Shown here piece by piece: positions 57,457-64,000 of a stretch of 64,000 bases of DNA. The translations under genes and the position numbers were made by a program. Position 1 is the first letter of the stretch; each line of letters begins with the position of its first letter. Origin of the DNA: an uncultured Holophaga sp. (lineage in GTDB: Bacteria > Acidobacteriota > Holophagae > Holophagales > Holophagaceae); contig OY761614.1 in NCBI GenBank assembly GCA_963664825.1, forward strand, positions 2,144,001-2,208,000, given 5' to 3'. Below the pieces are notes generated by a model. The model did not search any database. It had not been told where the DNA came from and saw only the letters and a program-made list of their open reading frames with translations.

Positions 57457-59664
57457 ATGAAGAAACTCGTCAAACTCCTGGGCTCCCCGAGACTGGCGGT
57501 GATCCTGCTGGTGCTCCTGGTTCTCGGGCTTTCGCTAGGGACGATCGTGGAGGCCCGTGCCAGCGCCGAGGCTGCGGGGCGCCTGGTCTACCATGCCGGG
57601 TGGTTCCTGGCCCTGCAGGGGCTCTTGGGGATCCTGGTGGCGTTGGCCTTCCCCTGGGGGAAGAAGCGCATCGCCTTGGCGCTCATCCACGCTGCCCTGC
57701 TCCTGATCCTCGCCGGCGCGGCCCTCACCTTCTGCTTCAAGGTGGAGGGGAGTCTCGGCCTCTGGGAGGGCGATAGCGCGTCGCTCATCGAGCGCCACGA
57801 TGCTCAAGGGCGGGTGCTCTCCAGGCACAAGCTGCCCTTCTCCGTGCGGCTCGATGCTTTCGTACTCGACACCTATCCGGGCACCCAGCGCCCGGCGGGT
57901 TTCATGAGCCTGGTGCAGATCACGGATCGGGACACGGGCAGGACCTTCCCGGCCCGGATCTGGATGAACCACGAGCTGCATTACCGGGGCTACGCCCTCT
58001 TCCAGTCGGGCTTCGAACAGGAAGGTGGGCGCCGAGCCTCGGTCCTATTGGTGTCCAGGGATCCCGGCCAGCACCTGGTCTTCGCCGGTTTCATCGCGCT
58101 GCTCCTGGGCATGCTCGCTGCGTGTTTCCGACGCTTTCCGCGCATTCCCCGAGGCCGAATCCGGAATCTAACCGTTGGGGCGCTCCTCCTGATGTGCGCC
58201 ACTGTTGGGAAGGCTCAAGGGGCCGATCTGCGGCGCCTGCCCGTCCAGCATGATGGTCGCGTCATGGCCTTCGATACCCTGGCCCGGGAGACGGTCTGGA
58301 CCCTCACGGGGGGCCGCACTTGGAAGGGCCAGGGCTCGGCGGCCACGATGACGGAATGGCTGGTGGACCCGGAGGCCTGCGCAAATGCGCCCATCGTGGA
58401 GGTGGGCTCGAGGGAATTCGCCCAGGCTCTCGGCCTGCCCCCGGGCACGACCCATGGCAGCTTCGTGGAGCTCGTCCGGAATCCGCGGGTGCTGCGCCTG
58501 ATACAGGCCGCCCAGGAGAGCGAAGGCCCCCGCCGGGGCCTGCTCCGGGAAGCCGAGGGGCTCGACAAGCGCTTGATGCTCCTGGACGCCCTTCTGCGGG
58601 GAGAAGCCGTGCGCCCCCTGCCTGTGCCTGGCGATCCTAAGGCCACCTGGGGGGTGCCGGAGACCGGGGAAAGCCTCGCCCAGCTGGCCAGCGGCCCCAG
58701 GCTGGAGGGTTGGCCCTCGCCGACAGATATCGACCGAGAGGTCTTCTACAACCAGTTGAACCCGGTGCGCCTCTCCTGGATCCTCCTGTTGGGCTCCCTC
58801 CTGCTCTCTCTGGCGGCCTGGGTCCGCGGGCAGCGCCTCCTGGACACTCTCGCCTTCGGGGCGCTGATCGCCGGATCCGGGATGATGACCTGGGGGCTCC
58901 TGTTGCGTGGAATGGTCGGAGGGCGCATCCCGGCGGCCAATATGTACGAATCGCTGCTCTTCCTGGGATGGGGCATAGGGTTATTCGGGCTCCTGGCCCA
59001 TCTGGTCCTGAAGAATCGCCTCATCCTGCTGAACGCGGCCTTCATGGCCACCCTCACCATGGCGCTGGTGGATTTCCTGCCCTTGGACCGGTTCATCCAT
59101 CCCATCGCGCCGGTGCTTGCGGGCACGCCCTGGCTCGCCATCCACGTGCCCATCATCATGCTGGGCTACGCCATCCTGACCCTTGGCCTGGTGGCGGCCC
59201 ACATGCAGATCGGCCTGGATATTTTTGCGCCCCGGCGCCTGGAACTGGCCCAGCGGATCGCGGAACTCAACGACGGCTACATCTTCACGGGTTCGATATT
59301 CCTCTTGGCGGGCATCATCACCGGTTCCATGTGGGCGGCCTCCTCCTGGGGCCGCTACTGGGGCTGGGATCCCAAGGAGGTTTGGTCCCTGGTGGCCTTC
59401 CTGGCCTACATGGCCATCCTGCACGCCAGGCGAGGAGCCCTGATCGGGTCGTTCGGCGTGGCCGTCCTCAGCATCGCGGCCTTCCAGACCCTCCTCATGA
59501 CCTACCTGGGGGTCAATTTCGTCCTCTCCACGGGCCTGCATTCCTACGGCATGGGCGATTCCCCCGTCCTGATGGGAATGGGGGTCGTGGCGGGCCTCGA
59601 GGCGAGCTTCCTCCTCTGGGGTCTCCTGGCCCATCGGAAGAAGGTCCGTGTCATTGCACCGTGA
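57457..59664 (+). CDS. ccsA: System II cytochrome c synthase, fused ResB/CcsB-CcsA
   Basis: GTIVE, IH and MNHEL...FQS ResB motifs; WLAIHV; WAASSWGRYWGWDPKE WWD domain. Confidence 0.92.
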   Translation: MKKLVKLLGSPRLAVILLVLLVLGLSLGTIVEARASAEAAGRLVYHAGWFLALQGLLGILVALAFPWGKKRIALALIHAALLLILAGAALTFCFKVEGSLGLWEGDSASLIERHDAQGRVLSRHKLPFSVRLDAFVLDTYPGTQRPAGFMSLVQITDRDTGRTFPARIWMNHELHYRGYALFQSGFEQEGGRRASVLLVSRDPGQHLVFAGFIALLLGMLAACFRRFPRIPRGRIRNLTVGALLLMCATVGKAQGADLRRLPVQHDGRVMAFDTLARETVWTLTGGRTWKGQGSAATMTEWLVDPEACANAPIVEVGSREFAQALGLPPGTTHGSFVELVRNPRVLRLIQAAQESEGPRRGLLREAEGLDKRLMLLDALLRGEAVRPLPVPGDPKATWGVPETGESLAQLASGPRLEGWPSPTDIDREVFYNQLNPVRLSWILLLGSLLLSLAAWVRGQRLLDTLAFGALIAGSGMMTWGLLLRGMVGGRIPAANMYESLLFLGWGIGLFGLLAHLVLKNRLILLNAAFMATLTMALVDFLPLDRFIHPIAPVLAGTPWLAIHVPIIMLGYAILTLGLVAAHMQIGLDIFAPRRLELAQRIAELNDGYIFTGSIFLLAGIITGSMWAASSWGRYWGWDPKEVWSLVAFLAYMAILHARRGALIGSFGVAVLSIAAFQTLLMTYLGVNFVLSTGLHSYGMGDSPVLMGMGVVAGLEASFLLWGLLAHRKKVRVIAP

Positions 59665-59719
59665 AGACCGGTCCCGGGCAGGTGCTGGAGGAGGACGTGA
59701 GGTAAACGGCCCCCGTGTC

Positions 59720-61210
59720 CTACCTCTTCGCCGATTTCGTTGAACCCAGGTCCCGCAGGGCGAGCTGGCCCTGGCGGGCGTAGTCAATGGCCTCCCCCAG
59801 GATGCGGGCGGCCTCCTGGGGCGCGTGAAAGCCCATGGAGTTCTCGGCGTTCACGAAATCGAGGCGCCATTGGGCCTTGCGCTGCAGCTCGAAGATGGGC
59901 TGGAGCCTAGTCTCCGGGATGCCGCCCTGCTTGATCTTCTCCAGGTCGCCGATGAGCTGCACGACGGCGTCCTCGGCGCGATCCATGAGGGCCCTCGTGC
60001 GGTCCTGGATGGCCACCACCCGGGCCTTCAGTTCCTCTTCGGGGAAGCGGTGGCAGGTCTGGCAGGAGCGGGAGATATCCAGCAGGGGGCTGCGCACCTG
60101 GTGATCGCTGACCTTGATGGCGCCCTCCCGCATGTAGGGCATGTGGCAATCGGCACAGGCCACGCCGGAACGGGCATGGATGCCCTGGCTCCACATCTCG
60201 AATTCGGGATGCTGGGCCTTGAGCACCTCGGCGCCGCTCTTGCCGTGCTTCCAGTCGAAGAAGCGGTGCCCGTCGGGGAACCGGTACGCCCCGTAGGTGG
60301 CTTCGATCTGCTCGACCTTGAGCCCCTTTTGCCAGGGGAAGAAGAGGGTGGTCTTGGGGCCACAGTAATACTCCACGTGGCATTGACCGCAGGCCATGGA
60401 GCGCAGCTCCTGGCGGGAGGCATCCCGGTTGGCGTCATAGGGAACCGCGCGATCGCCCTTCCGCCACTTCTCAATGGAGGGCAGATGGGGCACGGGTTCC
60501 CCGCTCCGGGCCAGGGCGTCGATGCCGCGGATGAAACCGGGCTTGGTGACCCGCAGCTGCATGCTGGCTGGATCGTGGCAGTCGATGCAGGCCACGGGGT
60601 GCTTCACGAGTTTGAGGGCCTCGCCATAGGGCAGCTTGCAGACGGCCTCGAAGCCCGCCATGAGTTGGGCCTGACCCTCAGGGCTGGTGAAGGGCATTTC
60701 CAGGTTTCCCTTGGCGCCATGTTGAAGGCCCACCTCCCGGAAGGCCAGGGTAGTGGAGGCATGGCAGTGGAGGCAGGATCCGCTCTGGGGACGCTCCGTC
60801 ACCCGCTTGGTGGCCTGCTGGTCCTTGAGCATGTAGGCGTGTCCCTGGCGCTGGTTGAAGTCGATGGCGAAGGCGTATCCATCGAAGATCGACACCAGCC
60901 GGGGATCTTCCAGGATGCGGCTCTTGGGCAGGCCTTCGCTTCCGGCGCCGCCGTAATTGGTGCTGTATTTCTCGGCCGTGCGTTGGTAGGAATCGAATTG
61001 CCGGGGGAAGTTCTTCCCCCATTGGGCGGGGTCGACGGTCTTTTCGTTGAGGTCCACCAGTTTGAGGCTGGTCTGAAGGGCCTCCGTCCTGTGGCTGGAG
61101 ACGCTGGAATACAGCGCCATCACCAGGATGGTGGCCATGGCAGCGGCTGCGGCCACCAGCCCCATCCGCACCAGGGGACGCTTGAGGAAGGATGGGTGGC
61201 TATCGGTCAT
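59720..61210 (-). CDS. nrfA: Ammonia-forming pentaheme cytochrome c nitrite reductase
   Basis: Five heme motifs (CLHCH, CIDCH, CGQCH, CADCH, CQTCH), HVEYY, KAQHPEFE and AENSMGFH. Confidence 0.95.
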   Translation of the reverse strand: MTDSHPSFLKRPLVRMGLVAAAAAMATILVMALYSSVSSHRTEALQTSLKLVDLNEKTVDPAQWGKNFPRQFDSYQRTAEKYSTNYGGAGSEGLPKSRILEDPRLVSIFDGYAFAIDFNQRQGHAYMLKDQQATKRVTERPQSGSCLHCHASTTLAFREVGLQHGAKGNLEMPFTSPEGQAQLMAGFEAVCKLPYGEALKLVKHPVACIDCHDPASMQLRVTKPGFIRGIDALARSGEPVPHLPSIEKWRKGDRAVPYDANRDASRQELRSMACGQCHVEYYCGPKTTLFFPWQKGLKVEQIEATYGAYRFPDGHRFFDWKHGKSGAEVLKAQHPEFEMWSQGIHARSGVACADCHMPYMREGAIKVSDHQVRSPLLDISRSCQTCHRFPEEELKARVVAIQDRTRALMDRAEDAVVQLIGDLEKIKQGGIPETRLQPIFELQRKAQWRLDFVNAENSMGFHAPQEAARILGEAIDYARQGQLALRDLGSTKSAKR

Positions 61211-61282
61211 GGGTGACCTCCTCCGGAGGCGGGAAGGGGAATGGCTCTACATTGCGGATCAAGAACCGAAAAAAGAACTGAT

Positions 61283-61395
61283 GAACCGCGGAGAACACAG
61301 AGAAAAGACAGGAGAGCGCAGAGAAAGGGAAATGGGGTTCTGCGTTTGGTTGTTCTCTGTGTCCTCATCCTTGTCCTCTGCGCTCTCTGTGGTTC
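61283..61395. repeat. CACAGAG/CTCTGTG-type imperfect hairpin element between nrfH and nrfA
   Basis: GAACCGCGGAGAACACAGAG ... CTCTGCGCTCTCTGTGGTTC; purine-rich arm and pyrimidine-rich arm. Confidence 0.7.
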
Positions 61396-61426
61396 GCTTT
61401 CGAGCAGGTGGGTCCGGTATCCGGTC

Positions 61427-61924
61427 TCAGCGTGTGGGGCCATGGCCCACCTCCTGGTGGCAGCGCACGCAGCCGTAGATGTCGGCCTTCTGGGAGGGAT
61501 CCGTGGGAACGCCCAGGGTTCCGTGAGCCGTGATCTCCGCGGTGAGGGGGCCGTGGCAGCGGATGCAATTGGCTTCCAGCACCCGGGCATTGCCGGGCTT
61601 GATGCGGATGGGATCCTTGAAATCCATCAGCGTGAAGGCCTTGGAATGGTGGTACCCGTTGCTGGCCTTCACGTAGAGCTTGTGGACGGCGTTGTCGTGG
61701 GGCAGGTGGCAGTCGTTGCAGACGGCCACGGCGTGGTGGGAACCGTGCTGCCAGCCATCGAACTCCTCGCGCATCACATGGCAGTTCACGCACACGCTGG
61801 GATCATTGGAGAGGTAAGACTCGCCATGGGCGGTGAAGAAGGTGAAGACGCCCGATCCGACTAAGATCCCGACCAGGATGCTGGCCAGGAGGGTCAACCA
61901 GAGGAGACGAAGCGTTTCGTCCAA
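61427..61924 (-). CDS. nrfH: Tetraheme quinol dehydrogenase NrfH (TTG start uncertain)
   Basis: N-terminal TM; SYLSNDPSVCVNCHVM; CNDCH, CIRCH and CVRCH...VGH. Confidence 0.93.
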   Translation of the reverse strand: MDETLRLLWLTLLASILVGILVGSGVFTFFTAHGESYLSNDPSVCVNCHVMREEFDGWQHGSHHAVAVCNDCHLPHDNAVHKLYVKASNGYHHSKAFTLMDFKDPIRIKPGNARVLEANCIRCHGPLTAEITAHGTLGVPTDPSQKADIYGCVRCHQEVGHGPTR

Positions 61925-62088
61925 GGCGGGAGCTTTCGGAGTCGGAGGAGGATGCTCCGAGCTTAGGGATCGTCACGGAATAAGCAATGTTTTTCTGGTG
62001 CTTGCGTCCCGGCCCCCCTGCGTGTGCCCTGCCGACGGCCCACGGGAACGCCCTCTCAGATCCACGTCTGGAATCGGTGGAGGAATCC

Positions 62089-62727
62089 TCAGAGGGAGCC
62101 CTTCTTCCGCAATTGCATACCCTGGACCTCCAGCACTCCCTGGTCCTGGAAGATCCGGAGCCCCCTCGAAAGGGTCTCGGGCGTCATGCCCAGCTGGGCG
62201 GCCAGGGCCTTCTTGGTGACGGGGAGGGTGAGGGCGCCCTGTTCCGGAAGATGGGCCCGGAGCCAGGTGCGGAGGCGCTCCAGGCTATCGGAGGTGGAGA
62301 GTTCCTGGACTTGCTGGGTGATCCTGCGGAGCCAGACGGCCTGGGCGTGGATCATGGCCAGGGCGAGATCGGGATCGGCTCGCAGGGCGGCCAGGAAGGG
62401 TCCCTTGGGGACATGCACCACCCGGGAGGGCTTGAGGGCCGTCGCCGTGGCCGGGAAGGCCTCGCCTCCGAACATGGCGGCCTCGGCGAAGGAATTCACC
62501 GGCAGGACCACGGCCAGGGTTGGATGGGCGCCGGGCACGTTGCTGCTGCGTGTGAGCTGGATGGCTCCTTCCACCAGCACGAAGAATCCCGTGCAGGGCT
62601 CTTCTTCCAGGAAGAGCATCTCGCCTGCGCCCAGGCGTCGGGAGCCCGCCATGCGCTCCAGGCGATCCCGCTGGGCGGGGCTCAGGGTCGTGAAGAGAGG
62701 GGCCTGGTGCCAGGTGGGGGTGGTCAT
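62089..62727 (-). CDS. Crp/Fnr-family regulator (HcpR/DNR-like, no FNR Cys cluster)
   Basis: cNMP-like domain (SFAEAAMF) and HTH LAAQLGMTPETLSR. Confidence 0.9.
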   Translation of the reverse strand: MTTPTWHQAPLFTTLSPAQRDRLERMAGSRRLGAGEMLFLEEEPCTGFFVLVEGAIQLTRSSNVPGAHPTLAVVLPVNSFAEAAMFGGEAFPATATALKPSRVVHVPKGPFLAALRADPDLALAMIHAQAVWLRRITQQVQELSTSDSLERLRTWLRAHLPEQGALTLPVTKKALAAQLGMTPETLSRGLRIFQDQGVLEVQGMQLRKKGSL

Positions 62728-62746
62728 GGCTTCAGTCTAGGAGCTT

Positions 62747-64000
62747 TCAGAAGAAGGTTCGGATCCCCTCCACCACGCGGTATTCGTCGTCCACCACCCA
62801 GAGCAGCTGCCACTTGTCGAAGGTGGTGCAGGGATGGCTGATGGCGCAGCCCACCAGATCGCCCACCCGGAGATCGGCCTCGGGAGGAAGGGCCAGGCGG
62901 GCGTGCTGGTCGTAGAGGCCCGGAATCACCCAGTCCGTGGAGGCGGGCTGGGGGCTTGCATGGAGGCCGGGACGGGCCCAGAGGATGGGCCTGGGGAGAT
63001 CGATATCATGGGCCACGTCGCGCTTGCCGAAATCCAGGAAGGCCAGGCCCGGCTCGGGGCGGCTGAGCACACGGCCCCAGACTTCGAGGGCGGGCTTCAG
63101 CGATCCCGGCACGCGCCAGCCTTCGGGCAGGCGGCCCTCCAGGCGCTGGATCAGGCGCGCATAGTGGCCCGCGTCGTGGGAGACGTAGCATCCGCTCCGG
63201 AGGAGCACCCGGGAGGGCCGTCCCAGCTCCACGGCGTTCAGTCGCGCCGCCACCAGATCGAAGTAGGCCGAGCCCCCGGCGCTGAGCAGGACCTCGTCGG
63301 TCTCGAAGAGGTCTTCCCCGGCGCAGCGCTGGGCCAAGGCCCCCAGGGCGTCCAGCCAAGCCTCGATGCGGCTCCGGTCCCCCTCGGGGTCCGGGCTCAT
63401 GACGATGCCCTCGTAGCATTCCACGCCCTTCAGGTTCAGGCGCTTGGAGGCCTTCACGGCCCGAGCCACGGCGAGTCCGATCTCCAGATCCCGGGCCCCG
63501 CAGCGCCCGCCGGGCAGGCCCAGCTCCAGCAATACCGGGACCTGGCGGCGGCCCGGGGTGTTCTCCAGGCGCGCCACCGCTTCCAGGCTATCCACCAGGC
63601 ACATGAGATCCAGTCCCGGGTCCTCGTCCAGGCAGCGCTGGAACCAGGCGATGGCTTGAGGGTCCACCAGTTGATTGGCCAGGAGGATGCGCCTAACGCC
63701 GAATTCGAGGGCGATGCGCACCTGCTGGGGTGTGGCTAAGGTCAGGCCCCAGGCGCCATCCCGCAATTGCCGGGCGAAGAGCTGGGGCGCCATGGTGGTC
63801 TTGCCATGGGGACAGAGGCTCGCGCCCGTGCGGCGCAGGAACTCCCGCATCCAGGCCGCATTGGAATCGAGCACGGAGGCCTTGAGCAGGGCCACGGGGG
63901 TCTCCAGTTCCCCCGAGAAGAGCCCCCAGCCCTGGGCGCCGATCTCCCCCAAGGGCAGGGGCGGGCGACTCTGGGGGAAGCCCTTGGTGCGGCCATCCAC
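62747..64000 (-). CDS. DSD1/D-threonine aldolase-like fold-III PLP enzyme (5' end probably outside the window)
   Basis: PHGKT, YEG, SAGGS, LRSGCY, GKRD, DQH and SHPCTTFDKW motifs. Confidence 0.88.
   Translation of the reverse strand: MDGRTKGFPQSRPPLPLGEIGAQGWGLFSGELETPVALLKASVLDSNAAWMREFLRRTGASLCPHGKTTMAPQLFARQLRDGAWGLTLATPQQVRIALEFGVRRILLANQLVDPQAIAWFQRCLDEDPGLDLMCLVDSLEAVARLENTPGRRQVPVLLELGLPGGRCGARDLEIGLAVARAVKASKRLNLKGVECYEGIVMSPDPEGDRSRIEAWLDALGALAQRCAGEDLFETDEVLLSAGGSAYFDLVAARLNAVELGRPSRVLLRSGCYVSHDAGHYARLIQRLEGRLPEGWRVPGSLKPALEVWGRVLSRPEPGLAFLDFGKRDVAHDIDLPRPILWARPGLHASPQPASTDWVIPGLYDQHARLALPPEADLRVGDLVGCAISHPCTTFDKWQLLWVVDDEYRVVEGIRTFF

Noticed and set aside
61925..62088. FNR/CRP box upstream of nrfH
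   Set aside because: No convincing TTGAT-N4-ATCAA or TGTGA-N6-TCACA match found by eye.

Overview
GC-rich bacterial chromosomal window; gene content suggests an anaerobic Acidobacteriota (Holophagae/Geothrix-like) host, which is an inference only. Most of it is housekeeping or metabolic: gmhA (partial), an M1 peptidase, pyrF, PfkB kinase, LysM protein, rsmG, ybeY, yebC, copA/copZ, a three-gene biotin-dependent transcarboxylase-like cluster, ftsK, a QueD-like gene, an LDH/MDH-family enzyme, nth, two cold-shock genes, HD-GYP, dacB, an ABC transporter with no binding protein, a Ser/Thr kinase, moxR, pepF, MFS, ccsBA, nrfHA, a Crp/Fnr regulator and a DSD1-family PLP enzyme (partial). The most unusual signals are: (1) a tRNA-fMet followed by 185-bp tRNA-linked repeat units that each carry an anti-T-arm and regenerate a T-arm/CCA end, bracketing a 2.7-kb cargo with an IS256 inserted at the start of a gene; (2) three tandem paralogous secreted coiled-coil proteins of unknown function; (3) a 15-aa Pro-Pro leader ORF whose RBS pairs with its own coding sequence, upstream of the ABC transporter; (4) a diverged 72-bp duplicate of the moxR 3' end; (5) several enzymes with informative active-site substitutions. 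No CRISPR array, rRNA or integrase was seen.
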